From the IMG/VR virus record IMGVR_UViG_3300018405_000013: a stretch of 60,668 nt of DNA; one strand, 5' to 3'. The translations under genes and the position numbers were made by a program. The notes beneath the pieces were generated by a model that ran no database searches, was not told the DNA's origin, and was given only the letters and a program-made list of their open reading frames with translations. This document shows positions 45,834 to 55,743 of the stretch, piece after piece (positions within the stretch are counted from its first letter, which is position 1; each line of letters begins with the position of its first letter). The stretch is from an uncultured virus (IMG/VR IMGVR_UViG_3300018405_000013). Lineage: Duplodnaviria > Heunggongvirae > Uroviricota > Caudoviricetes.

Positions 45834-46943
45834 TTATTTTTCCAATATTAATACCTTTTGTAATGATTGCACCCAACCTACTTTACAATTTAGAACCTCG
45901 CTAACAAATTTTAAAGGAATTAATGTGCGATTATTCTTATCAATTAACGGTGCTTCATTTAACGTATAGTCTTGTCCATTCACTTTTGCTAATTTAGAAC
46001 CAGTATTTAAAACAATCACTATATTACCTTTTGTGATTTCAATATGCATAGATTTGTCCGCATTATACGCCGGTGTTTTAATTGTTGCACCTAAAATATC
46101 ACAAAGAGTTCTTAGTGGAACTAATGTGTTGCCATTAAGATTTACAGGCGTAGTATCCATAGTAAACTTCGCACCATCTACGAAATAATTATTATTACCA
46201 ATTTGCATAGTAGTATATTTCTTGTCTGTGGATGGAAGAATTGGAAGCCCATATCCTGTATATATATCCATTCCCACTGTTTCCAAATCCATACAAATCA
46301 TTTTTAAGTATTCAAATACTTCATCCTGTGTCAAATCGCCGTATCTTTGAATTAACAATGCACATTTACCAGCAAAATATGGTGTTGAAAAAGACGTTCC
46401 CCAATTCCATCCCATGAAATCTGTAAATTCTTTAGCGGTTCCATTGCAAAATTGCTTAACATATTGTGGAGAGCCTTTTATTAAACTACATGCGCCAATC
46501 CATATGGCAACATCTGATGGAAATGCGCCATTACATGTTTCACCAACATTACCAGATAAATTTAAAAATATAAGATTATATTTTTTCTTTAGCGCATTTA
46601 ATTCTTGTGAATACCATGTATTTTCTTCTGTGCCGCCATGATTTGACTGTGTCAATATTTTTACTTTATATTTTACTATAAAATCTTCAAGTGAATATGA
46701 TATATTATTATAGTATACATCATACTTATATATATCACCACCACTTGTAAGCGTTCCTATGCTTGCATTGATAACCGTAGCATCCGGTGCGGCATCAAGA
46801 ATACGCTGCTTAGTTTGTTGTCCATGCGTGCTATTTCCTTCGCAATTCATGATAACAACGCCTTTTCCGGTAAATTTGGAAGTGTTCCATCCGGTAACAT
46901 TACAATAATCATTCTGTTGTTTTATAACTTCTTGATTCGTCAT
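45834..46943 (-). CDS. S8 subtilisin-like peptidase + copper-amine-oxidase N-terminal (stalk) domain
   Basis: GKGV, HG, SGN, GTSFSTP..AG, G.G; RTLIPLKFVSE.L...V.W. Confidence 0.8.
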   Translation of the reverse strand: MTNQEVIKQQNDYCNVTGWNTSKFTGKGVVIMNCEGNSTHGQQTKQRILDAAPDATVINASIGTLTSGGDIYKYDVYYNNISYSLEDFIVKYKVKILTQSNHGGTEENTWYSQELNALKKKYNLIFLNLSGNVGETCNGAFPSDVAIWIGACSLIKGSPQYVKQFCNGTAKEFTDFMGWNWGTSFSTPYFAGKCALLIQRYGDLTQDEVFEYLKMICMDLETVGMDIYTGYGLPILPSTDKKYTTMQIGNNNYFVDGAKFTMDTTPVNLNGNTLVPLRTLCDILGATIKTPAYNADKSMHIEITKGNIVIVLNTGSKLAKVNGQDYTLNEAPLIDKNNRTLIPLKFVSEVLNCKVGWVQSLQKVLILEK

Positions 46944-46967
46944 TTTTAACCACGCTTTCTTTTATAA

Positions 46968-47657
46968 CTATATGGTAGATATAATATCTGATAACGTATT
47001 TTTACTTAAATCACCAATTATTGTATTTAATTTTAGTCCTTGTGTGCAATCTAATCTGCAATCAGTAGAAACTGTACCGTCATAATTAACACCCATACCA
47101 GTTTTAGAGTTAATAAATCCTATTTTTTCTTCTAATATTTCATTCAATTCTACTTTTTTATGAAATAAAATATAGTTTCTTTGCCAATTTAATAATGTAA
47201 CGATTTCTACGCCATTATACATTCCATACACATATCTATCATCTTGGTCTATTATCGACATTCCAAGATATTGATACAGATCAATAAAATAATCGAATCC
47301 CAAATTATCATAATCGTAAATATAAACTGAATCAACATTAAGATTAACTAGCGTAGAATTATTTATAAAATCCCCATTTGTATATAACACAACTTTATTA
47401 TCTGGCATAATTTCTTTTATTTTTTGCGCCTTACTTCTTAAATTATCAATTTCTATCATTGGTTCATTAAGTCTATTTAGCTTTATAACACCTTTAAACT
47501 CGCTATCTTTCAATTCTTTAATCAGATTATCAAAAACACTATCATCAAGTAATTTATTGACATTCCTATTTTCAGTAAAGTGTAGGCACCAGCTGCACTT
47601 GTTATTACAATTTGAAGATAATCCAATTTCTATTATGTCTAAGTCTTTAATCAGCAT
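46968..47657 (-). CDS. radical SAM protein (paralog 1)
   Basis: CNNKCSWC, NEPM, YTNGDF, YDYDN. Confidence 0.85.
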   Translation of the reverse strand: MLIKDLDIIEIGLSSNCNNKCSWCLHFTENRNVNKLLDDSVFDNLIKELKDSEFKGVIKLNRLNEPMIEIDNLRSKAQKIKEIMPDNKVVLYTNGDFINNSTLVNLNVDSVYIYDYDNLGFDYFIDLYQYLGMSIIDQDDRYVYGMYNGVEIVTLLNWQRNYILFHKKVELNEILEEKIGFINSKTGMGVNYDGTVSTDCRLDCTQGLKLNTIIGDLSKNTLSDIISTI

Positions 47658-47869
47658 TATTGAATCACATCTCCTATCTTATTATCAATAGAAGTTATTT
47701 TAATGCCTGCCTTTTCTTTTAATATAACAAGCCAGTAATCTATTGCCTCTTTAGTTGTCTTGGTGCTTGTGATAGCCTTTTCATAGGTCATTCCTACGTT
47801 GTTATCTATTAAATATTGCACAACTCTATATGCTAAATATCTAGCAATTACGTCATTAGAATAATCCAT
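47657..47869 (-). CDS. small tail-associated hypothetical protein
   Basis: RBS AAGGAGG before MDYSNDVIARYLAY. Confidence 0.6.
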   Translation of the reverse strand: MDYSNDVIARYLAYRVVQYLIDNNVGMTYEKAITSTKTTKEAIDYWLVILKEKAGIKITSIDNKIGDVIQ

Positions 47870-47885
47870 ATTAATACACCTCCTT

Positions 47886-48032
47886 TTATTGTGTTTCCAC
47901 CATCGTATCGAGAATTGTCGAAATATATTCTGCTTGTTCTCTAAGTTCCTCATTTTGCTTTGTTAATAGCTCTATCTTTTCTTCTTTTTCTTTTAATAAA
48001 GCAAGGGTTTGACCCCATTGTGTATTATCCAT
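47886..48032 (-). CDS. 48-aa coiled-coil protein (XkdW-like fibre-chaperone position; below ORF-track cutoff)
   Basis: RBS AGGAGG; MDNTQWGQTLALLKEKEEKIELLTKQNEELREQAEYISTILDTMVETQ*. Confidence 0.6.
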   Translation of the reverse strand: MDNTQWGQTLALLKEKEEKIELLTKQNEELREQAEYISTILDTMVETQ

Positions 48033-48696
48033 CTATTAAAACCTCCTTGAACGGGTTATTTATAAAATCACTAAACAACTTTTCATCTTGCAATATTGGA
48101 TTTGGTTTAATTATACAATTCTCTTCCCCTAATTCTTCTGATAGAAAATATATGTTATGACTAATATATGCACCTAAATGGTCTAATTCAAGTATCAATT
48201 CAAATTCAGATAGTTTTCTATCAAAATATATTTCATCCATGTTTTTATATGAAATGAAATCTATAAAATTATTAATCCTATTCATATCTAACATCTTTTT
48301 TTTCCAATATACATATTTTTCTGTGCTGTATGGAGATTTTACAAATATAAACTTTTTATCCAATCTATTTTCTTTATTACATAGCTTCAAGCTATATAAT
48401 CTGTGTTTTCCCATGAACATATATGGATGTTCGCTATTACTTATGAAAAACGGCGTATACATACCGTTTTTCAAAATATCTTTTCCTAATTCTATTTCTT
48501 TAGACCTATATTTTTTTAAATACGGGTTTATTAAATCACATCCATATTCATTAAATCTATAATCTGAACTACTATAAAAGTTTTCATAAACATCTTTAAA
48601 TTCATAGGAAAAGCCGTGTTCATTTATCATTTTATATAATATTAACATATAGTAATAATTATATAATTTATCTAAGTATTCTTTTTTATGCAACAT
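48025..48696 (-). CDS. ParB/Srx-fold-like protein (paralog 1)
   Basis: LGKDILKNGMYTPF...GKHRLYSL; IIKPNPIL.DE.LF. Confidence 0.6.
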   Translation of the reverse strand: MLHKKEYLDKLYNYYYMLILYKMINEHGFSYEFKDVYENFYSSSDYRFNEYGCDLINPYLKKYRSKEIELGKDILKNGMYTPFFISNSEHPYMFMGKHRLYSLKLCNKENRLDKKFIFVKSPYSTEKYVYWKKKMLDMNRINNFIDFISYKNMDEIYFDRKLSEFELILELDHLGAYISHNIYFLSEELGEENCIIKPNPILQDEKLFSDFINNPFKEVLIDG

Positions 48697-49885
48697 AATA
48701 TAAAACTATAGCTCCTTGTCCACCAGCACCACTATTCATTCCACCACCGCCGCCGTAGCCACCGCCACCACCTGCAGAAGATGCACCAGTTCCTTCTCCA
48801 CAAGAACCTCCACCGCCAGTTCCTATATCTTGACTTCCAGTTCCACCCGTGCCGGGGATTTCAGTAGGATAACTTGGATTTGTAGCACCAGATGTGCCAT
48901 TTCCTCCACCGTAGCCACCACCACCACCAGAATAATACACGGTCGGTGTGCCACCAGAGCTTACTTTGATAAATTTACCGCTTTGCGTTGGCGTTCCGCC
49001 AGTATCACCATATCCACCAGAAGCATCTTCTGTTCCTGTGGTCGATTGTTCGCCACCAACAGACGAAAGTGCACCAAATGTAGCTGCTGCACCATTGCCA
49101 GCTGGAACTGTATAACTTATTGATTGCCCTGGTGTTACTGATAGGGCGTATTGTGTATACGCACCACCTCTTCCACCATAATATCCCTGACCTCGACCGG
49201 CATTTTCTCCGGCACCAATCAAACAGACGGTTATACATGTTAAACCAGTAGGAACTGTAAATGTAGCCGTTCCGGGTGTTGTATATACATGTCTAAATCC
49301 ATTTATTGTTGATGAATAAGTATTTCTTATCGTATCAACCATAGTTGCATTACTTACCACATTTGTCATTGTATTATAGTCTTTAAACATATTTGTAATA
49401 GTTGTCGAGTTTAACATATTTGCAGATGCCCATGTGCTACTGGTTATTAATGAGTTAATATATGTATTACTGGTCATTTCGGATAATGCACCGGCCACAC
49501 AGTCATAAAACGTATTACATTTTATTAAATTTGTGAATGGTGAAGTCGAAGAGCTAGTTCCTTTGAACCACGCATACATCGCGAGCTGTAGCCCTATAAG
49601 CCCCACTCTATTAACATTGCCCTTACCAAAAGCAGCATCTAAGCCATTTGTATTAGCCGCCGTGCAAAATGCTATATATGATGAAAGATTTATATTCTTT
49701 TTTAATAAGTCATTTACTGTTGCTGTTGCACCGTCTATACCATAAAGCGTTTTAACGTCACTTGATAATAAGATTTTTGTATCATTAAATGTTCTTGTAT
49801 CTATTGTATCAACAAGCGTTTTTAAGTCGTTTAATTTTGTTCTAATAGCACCGGCATTTTCGCCATTAGCTATAAAATCTGCCAT
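48686..49885 (-). CDS. glycine-rich tail fibre protein
   Basis: YTTPGTATFTVP.G...GAG, poly-Gly tracts, GGQGAIVLY. Confidence 0.8.
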   Translation of the reverse strand: MADFIANGENAGAIRTKLNDLKTLVDTIDTRTFNDTKILLSSDVKTLYGIDGATATVNDLLKKNINLSSYIAFCTAANTNGLDAAFGKGNVNRVGLIGLQLAMYAWFKGTSSSTSPFTNLIKCNTFYDCVAGALSEMTSNTYINSLITSSTWASANMLNSTTITNMFKDYNTMTNVVSNATMVDTIRNTYSSTINGFRHVYTTPGTATFTVPTGLTCITVCLIGAGENAGRGQGYYGGRGGAYTQYALSVTPGQSISYTVPAGNGAAATFGALSSVGGEQSTTGTEDASGGYGDTGGTPTQSGKFIKVSSGGTPTVYYSGGGGGYGGGNGTSGATNPSYPTEIPGTGGTGSQDIGTGGGGSCGEGTGASSAGGGGGYGGGGGMNSGAGGQGAIVLYYVA

Positions 49886-49918
49886 ATTTATATCCTCCTT
49901 TGTTTATATAAGAAATTA

Positions 49919-51187
49919 TTATAATACCGATGGTGTAAAATTAAATTCTGTATATGTATAATCATCATTCCAAGGTTGTGCGTCATCCCATTTATAATCT
50001 TTATAATATTTGATTATGCCATCTTTTACCATCATCCAATCTGTTGTAGTATTTATAATTGTTCCACCTAAATATATATCAAAATTGTTATCGTTTAATT
50101 TTAGATTACTATATATAGTATCCTCAAAATGTAGTTTTCCACACAACACTGCATATTGCAAATCCTTAACCCTATACTTATCGCCTATATTATAAGTAAA
50201 GAAATATTTATAATCCACGCCATTAATATCTTTTTTTGGCAATAATGTCCAATTATGCAGACCTGTTGTTGTTTCCTCCTCTAAAAATACCTTATAGTTT
50301 CTATATAATTGAACATAAAAACTTGCTGGTCTATACCCATATATATTACTATCATCAACCCAAGTGATTGTATTTGAAGAATGCGAGACCGTTTGCAATT
50401 GATGTGTCATACTTGCAACATATCCATTAACTGTTAATGTGTTAGTATAATTCAACAAATTACTCGTGCTTGTTATAGTTATAACATCTGTGTTGAACAA
50501 AAATGCATTATATGAAGAAATCCATGTAGCCGTATTTGATCCAGTTATTGATATATTTTTAAACACTGAACCATTTTTATAAATTACATATTCATCAGAA
50601 TTTGGTCTGGTATTATATGCATTTAAACTATCATCTGTCCAATTCACAGTAAAACTAATGGTTTGCTGTGAAATAGGAAGTGTAAATGAGGCACTTGTTT
50701 TGGCATTTGTTTGCGTTACAGACGGTGTCACAATGGTTACAACATCTGACACACTCACGGTTAACGTGTCATCAAGCCATGCAACTGGCATATTAACATT
50801 AATGGTTTGTGTTGTAGCCAATGTGAACGTGCTTGTAGTGCCATCGCCTTTCGCTCCCAATATGGTAGTATTTGATGCTGAATATAACTGTATGCTACTT
50901 CCAAGAGTTACATTATTTAATTTAAATGTTGGCGTAGACGTATATGTAAAATTCGGAGCAGTATAGCCACTTGTTCCCGTTCTATTTATTACATCTGAGT
51001 TACTAATTGTTATTGGTAATATGCAAGTATCACCACTTATTATTGGCGTTTTCAGAGTAGCTGTAGCATTACTTGTTATCGTAGAAGTGTTCGTTGGATA
51101 TTGATAATACATTACATACCATGAATATACAGAACTTAGTGTGCCATAAGCTCCAAAATTAATCGTATATGGAAAAGTTATAGCCAC
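49919..51187 (-). CDS. virion protein with Cna-B-like domains
   Basis: W.DD..N.Y..RP motif twice; LPKKD.NG..Y.Y. Confidence 0.7.
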   Translation of the reverse strand: MAITFPYTINFGAYGTLSSVYSWYVMYYQYPTNTSTITSNATATLKTPIISGDTCILPITISNSDVINRTGTSGYTAPNFTYTSTPTFKLNNVTLGSSIQLYSASNTTILGAKGDGTTSTFTLATTQTINVNMPVAWLDDTLTVSVSDVVTIVTPSVTQTNAKTSASFTLPISQQTISFTVNWTDDSLNAYNTRPNSDEYVIYKNGSVFKNISITGSNTATWISSYNAFLFNTDVITITSTSNLLNYTNTLTVNGYVASMTHQLQTVSHSSNTITWVDDSNIYGYRPASFYVQLYRNYKVFLEEETTTGLHNWTLLPKKDINGVDYKYFFTYNIGDKYRVKDLQYAVLCGKLHFEDTIYSNLKLNDNNFDIYLGGTIINTTTDWMMVKDGIIKYYKDYKWDDAQPWNDDYTYTEFNFTPSVL

Positions 51188-51200
51188 AAAATATCACCTC

Positions 51201-52019
51201 CTAATAACGCAATTTTGATTTAACTATCTCTTCACTTGCATAGACTTTTTTATAATCATTGCCTAATGCAATTTCTATATTATTTAAAATTGGAATTAAT
51301 TTATTTAAATCATCAATATCTAAACTACTTTTTTGATCAGTTCCTTGCATATTCCTATCCAAAGTAATATGTCTTTCGATAATTTTAGAACCCAATGATT
51401 TAGCTATAATTGTCTGTAAATACCCATCTTCATGCCCACTATAACCTATTGCATTAAACGGATATAGTTTGCCCAAAGTCTTTATCATATTCAAATCAGA
51501 TTCTTCTAATTTTGTGGGGTAAGAGCTATTGCAATGCAATATAGATAATTCAACGTCATTAAGCAATTCTACGGCATTATTAATCTCTTCAAAAGTGCTC
51601 ATGCCCGTTCCAATAATTACTGGCAACCCATAAGATTTTACCTTTGTCAATAATTCTACATTTGTTATACATGCACTTGGTATTTTAATAAACGGAATAT
51701 CATATTGTGTAATAAATTCTAAACTGTCAATATCCCATACAGAAGCAGACCATTTAATGCCAATTTCCTTACATAATGCGTCTATCTGATCATATTCTTC
51801 TTTTCCAAATTCAATCAGATGTTTATATTTAATATATTCCATTTCACCAAAAATAGTGTTTTTAACTACATGTTTTTGGTTTTCTGGAACACAAACATCA
51901 GGATTTCTTTTTTGAAATTTAACTACATCAACCCCACATTCTTTGGCTTTAATAATTATTTCTTTGGCAATGTTAATATCGCCATTATGGTTGATTCCAA
52001 TATCCCCTACAAAAATCAT
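51201..52019 (-). CDS. neuB: N-acetylneuraminate/nonulosonate synthase family (no SAF domain)
   Basis: IGINHNGD, VKFQKR, KIPSA, HCNSSYP, GYSGHE, IERHITLDR..GTD. Confidence 0.92.
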   Translation of the reverse strand: MIFVGDIGINHNGDINIAKEIIIKAKECGVDVVKFQKRNPDVCVPENQKHVVKNTIFGEMEYIKYKHLIEFGKEEYDQIDALCKEIGIKWSASVWDIDSLEFITQYDIPFIKIPSACITNVELLTKVKSYGLPVIIGTGMSTFEEINNAVELLNDVELSILHCNSSYPTKLEESDLNMIKTLGKLYPFNAIGYSGHEDGYLQTIIAKSLGSKIIERHITLDRNMQGTDQKSSLDIDDLNKLIPILNNIEIALGNDYKKVYASEEIVKSKLRY

Positions 52020-52036
52020 AACTAATTCCTTTCATT

Positions 52037-52324
52037 CTAATCTAAATAAGTATCTTTTACACTTCTGTCGTCGATATAAATATCGGCGGATGGTTTACCC
52101 ATAATTAACTGGTCATACTTAACACCCCAATCCTTTAGTTGCCTCTTTGTAATATATTCCCAATCTATTCCTGTTTCATAACCTCTTGCTGTAAAAAACA
52201 CTATAGTATTTCCTGCGCCATATAAATCATTTATATGATTAATTCTATCCTTAAACGGCTTTGCATCACGATAATCTTTCTCTTGACTACAAATTGTTCC
52301 GTCAATATCGCAAACCACTTTCAT
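52037..52324 (-). CDS. small HAD-family phosphatase
   Basis: DIDGT, FTARG, GKP.ADIYIDD. Confidence 0.88.
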   Translation of the reverse strand: MKVVCDIDGTICSQEKDYRDAKPFKDRINHINDLYGAGNTIVFFTARGYETGIDWEYITKRQLKDWGVKYDQLIMGKPSADIYIDDRSVKDTYLD

Positions 52325-52980
52325 TATACATTCCTTTCATAAAGCCATTTAGCATATTCATATTCATCAAATGTATCAATATCCACCGTCTCTTCTTTCG
52401 GAATAATAAGTGGCAAAAATCCATCTTTGAGCATTAAACCATCTTCTTTAAATTTATTTTTATTAAATACGTGGAAACAATGAGCAGTTTGATACCAAGG
52501 AGTTATTTCTTTTGTCGTAAGCTTATCATAGTCTATATGATTTACAACATTGAAATTTTCATCCATAATCCAATTTTGTAATATTTTTGCACTGGTTCCA
52601 TATTCTTTATCGGAATTATCAAATTCTTCTATTTTTTTCAATATGGTTTCAACCGATAAAAATATTAGACATGGATTTAAAAACATCAAATAATCTTCTT
52701 CTACATCCAAAACGTCTTTAAAAATATAAACCAGTGGCGTTTCAGCATAACAGGTATCTTTATCTCTAATTATTGTTTTAACATTTGGATATTTGCTTGC
52801 AATATCAATCAATTCATCATCATTTATTAGCACATAAGTATTAACAAATTTGGATAAATATTCAAGTTTCTGACAACAGATATCAAACATGCATGTATCG
52901 CCGATTGGTAAAATTTGTTTATTTGGCAATCTTTTACTATCTAATCTTGCCGGAACAAAAATTCCTATTTTTTTATTCAT
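52324..52980 (-). CDS. neuA: CMP-nonulosonate synthetase / cytidylyltransferase family
   Basis: PARLDSKRLPNK, DIDT..E. Confidence 0.82.
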   Translation of the reverse strand: MNKKIGIFVPARLDSKRLPNKQILPIGDTCMFDICCQKLEYLSKFVNTYVLINDDELIDIASKYPNVKTIIRDKDTCYAETPLVYIFKDVLDVEEDYLMFLNPCLIFLSVETILKKIEEFDNSDKEYGTSAKILQNWIMDENFNVVNHIDYDKLTTKEITPWYQTAHCFHVFNKNKFKEDGLMLKDGFLPLIIPKEETVDIDTFDEYEYAKWLYERNV

Positions 52981-53782
52981 AATCAATACCAACCTTTCCA
53001 CTCGTATATCTACCACCACAATTACCGCATTTATGACAAGGTGAATCTTCCCCAAACACTCCATTTGCGCAATTTTCTCTAAATAAAATAACTTTTTTAT
53101 CTGTAAGTATTCCCTCTAAAGAGCTGTCATGTAAATCACCAATAATATAGGGTTTTAGTTTATCTACGTCATTTCTAATATTACAACATGGACTTACCGT
53201 TCCATCGTAATTGATGCCAACGAAATATGTAGGTTCGTAGCATGGTGTAGTTCTAACATCAGCAGAATACTCTGTTAACACTCCGCCTCTGTCTGTAATA
53301 TTTCTATATTTATCCCAATTTGTATAATACAATATTTTCATATCATCTTTATGTGCATAAATATAATTTTTAACAACTTTGTCTACAGTAGCACCAGCTT
53401 TGATTAATTTTTCTTTACAATAATCAATTCCGTCATTATCATAATCCATAATTGTTAACTCGTCTATTAACAATCCTTCTAAATTCTCTTTAGTTATAAA
53501 ATCACCATTAGTATTTGTGATTAATTTATTAGGAAGTATCTTTCTGATTTCAATTAATTTTTCTTTGAACACGTCAATATATGACATAGGTTCATTATAT
53601 CTTGAAAACGTTATAGGATTTGAATATCCCGACGCCTTAATTTCCTTTAATAATTTATAAAATATATCATTTTCTAATTCTTTATATCCAGTTCTATCAA
53701 TATCCCTATTTGGGCACCAATGACATTTTCTGTTGCAATATGAGAATAGTTCTATCTCGATTAATCTTAATTGTTCTATCAT
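52973..53782 (-). CDS. radical SAM/SPASM protein (paralog 2)
   Basis: CNRKCHWC, RYNEPM, NTNGDF, DYDN; C.EP...DG.V.PCC...CHKC. Confidence 0.9.
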   Translation of the reverse strand: MIEQLRLIEIELFSYCNRKCHWCPNRDIDRTGYKELENDIFYKLLKEIKASGYSNPITFSRYNEPMSYIDVFKEKLIEIRKILPNKLITNTNGDFITKENLEGLLIDELTIMDYDNDGIDYCKEKLIKAGATVDKVVKNYIYAHKDDMKILYYTNWDKYRNITDRGGVLTEYSADVRTTPCYEPTYFVGINYDGTVSPCCNIRNDVDKLKPYIIGDLHDSSLEGILTDKKVILFRENCANGVFGEDSPCHKCGNCGGRYTSGKVGIDYE

Positions 53783-53783
53783 A

Positions 53784-54737
53784 TTATCTCCTTTTATTCA
53801 AGTAATCAAACCCATCATACTTAAATCCTTCTTTGGAATCATCATATTTTAAGTATCGACTTTTCGTGCAATATTTACACTGTTTACAATATTCGCCTCT
53901 TTCTTCAATCATATATTTTTTGAAGTTCATAAACTTTTCACTTTTATATATTTCTTGAATTGATTGATTATTTATATTGCCCATTATCAATTCTTTATGT
54001 TGTTCAAAATCTTCTCTTGTATGACAACATGGCATTACAGAGCCATCGTAATGAACGGTTAAAAAATAACTTGGTTCTATACATGGAAAATCTCTTTGTT
54101 TTGATTGTAAATCAAGAATTCCACCTCTATTTTCTATTTTAAAGTGTTTTTCCCAATTACAATTACAAGTAATCATATTTACATATCTGTGTATTCCTGT
54201 TATAATTTCTGTATCATAATTAACATCTATAACACATATTCCAAGTTCAACAAGCTTATTTTCCCAATATTCAATTCCTTTATTGTCGTAATCCATTATA
54301 TTGATACTATTTAGTGGTAGATTTTCCAAACTTTCTTTTGTTAAAAAATCACCATTAGTATTTACACCCAAAGAAACTGTATTTGGCAAAATATCATATG
54401 CTTGTCGCACCCTTTGTTTAAATAAGTCTATATCCGAAAATGCTTCTTGGTATCCAGAAAAACAAAATATTGGCGAGGAGTAATTATAATCATTCGACGC
54501 AATATCAACATTGTGGTTGAATAATGCTTTCGAGCCAAATCCATTGTCTTTTAGGTCGTTTAAAAATCTAATATAAGTTTCTTCGGGCATTTCATTATGA
54601 CCTTGCCTGTTCAATGTTTTGTTTGGACACCAATCACACAATCTATTACAGTATGATTGATGTTCAAAGTCTATTCTTCTAATGTGTGAAAACATAAACC
54701 ACCTATAATTCTTTCCATTTATTGAATATTTCTTCAT
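53784..54737 (-). CDS. radical SAM/SPASM protein (paralog 3)
   Basis: CNRLCDWC, NTNGDF, DYDN; CIEP...DG.V.PCC...CKYC. Confidence 0.9.
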   Translation of the reverse strand: MKKYSINGKNYRWFMFSHIRRIDFEHQSYCNRLCDWCPNKTLNRQGHNEMPEETYIRFLNDLKDNGFGSKALFNHNVDIASNDYNYSSPIFCFSGYQEAFSDIDLFKQRVRQAYDILPNTVSLGVNTNGDFLTKESLENLPLNSINIMDYDNKGIEYWENKLVELGICVIDVNYDTEIITGIHRYVNMITCNCNWEKHFKIENRGGILDLQSKQRDFPCIEPSYFLTVHYDGSVMPCCHTREDFEQHKELIMGNINNQSIQEIYKSEKFMNFKKYMIEERGEYCKQCKYCTKSRYLKYDDSKEGFKYDGFDYLNKRR

Positions 54738-55734
54738 TATTTATAATTGGACTTGGCAATATATCTTGCCTATAATTAAATATTAAATCACGAACCCATA
54801 ATGGATATGAATGAATTGTGAATATAATATCTTCTATATTATACCCTCTATATTCTATGGTATAATCATTAATTAAACTATTTCCATCAGAATGTATTTT
54901 GTTAACAGCTTTACTTAGCATATTATCATCACCGATAACACCGCTTCCATATATATTTTCCAATATACATCTTAACATAATACTTTCTTTTAATGGCGTT
55001 TTTATATCAGTAGTTTTATAAATCATATAATTACATGGAATAACAATACATAATATCTTATAATCCATAGGCAATTCACCCATTGATTGCAATAATTTTA
55101 ATGATATTGCCCTGTGATTTCCTTCAAATATATAAAGATTTTCATCTGTTGGGTTTAAAGTTGAAACTATTAGTGGATAATAGGTTCCATTTTTCTTTAT
55201 ATCCAATCCTAATTTTATCTTATCTTCTGACATATTTTGTAGAAAAGGGTCAGAACAAAACGTATCCCAACGCTTTTCCACAATTCTATTTCTTAACTTA
55301 AGTTCATTAAGTTCGATAAATCTAAAATCAAATACACCACTTTTAATTATATTTTTTAAATTAAAGTCAATATAATCAGTATTATACATTGATGAAACTT
55401 GTTCCTTAGTATAATTTCTTTTTACATCTTGACGATTATAATATAAATTTCTACTATTATCGTAGTTTTCTATTTTTTTAATTTCAAAACATAACTTTTT
55501 GCTATCTACGTCTATATATTTATTATAATTATTGATATTTGAACAATAATTATCATAATCTATCGAATCATTTATAAAATACCCAATATTTTCACATTGT
55601 ATATTTGATTTAAATTCATTGATATTAAAGGGCGAATTATATGGCTTTACTATATTTAATACTTCTAAATTTTCTGTATTATAGAATACTACTATCTTAT
55701 TTTCTAATTCATTTTGTTCATATATCGTTCTCAT
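54703..55734 (-). CDS. ParB/Srx-fold-like protein (paralog 2)
   Basis: LGLDIKKNGTYYPL...FEGNHRAISL; ILPSPIINNEE.F. Confidence 0.65.
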   Translation of the reverse strand: MRTIYEQNELENKIVVFYNTENLEVLNIVKPYNSPFNINEFKSNIQCENIGYFINDSIDYDNYCSNINNYNKYIDVDSKKLCFEIKKIENYDNSRNLYYNRQDVKRNYTKEQVSSMYNTDYIDFNLKNIIKSGVFDFRFIELNELKLRNRIVEKRWDTFCSDPFLQNMSEDKIKLGLDIKKNGTYYPLIVSTLNPTDENLYIFEGNHRAISLKLLQSMGELPMDYKILCIVIPCNYMIYKTTDIKTPLKESIMLRCILENIYGSGVIGDDNMLSKAVNKIHSDGNSLINDYTIEYRGYNIEDIIFTIHSYPLWVRDLIFNYRQDILPSPIINNEEIFNKWKEL

Positions 55735-55743
55735 ATAATTCAC

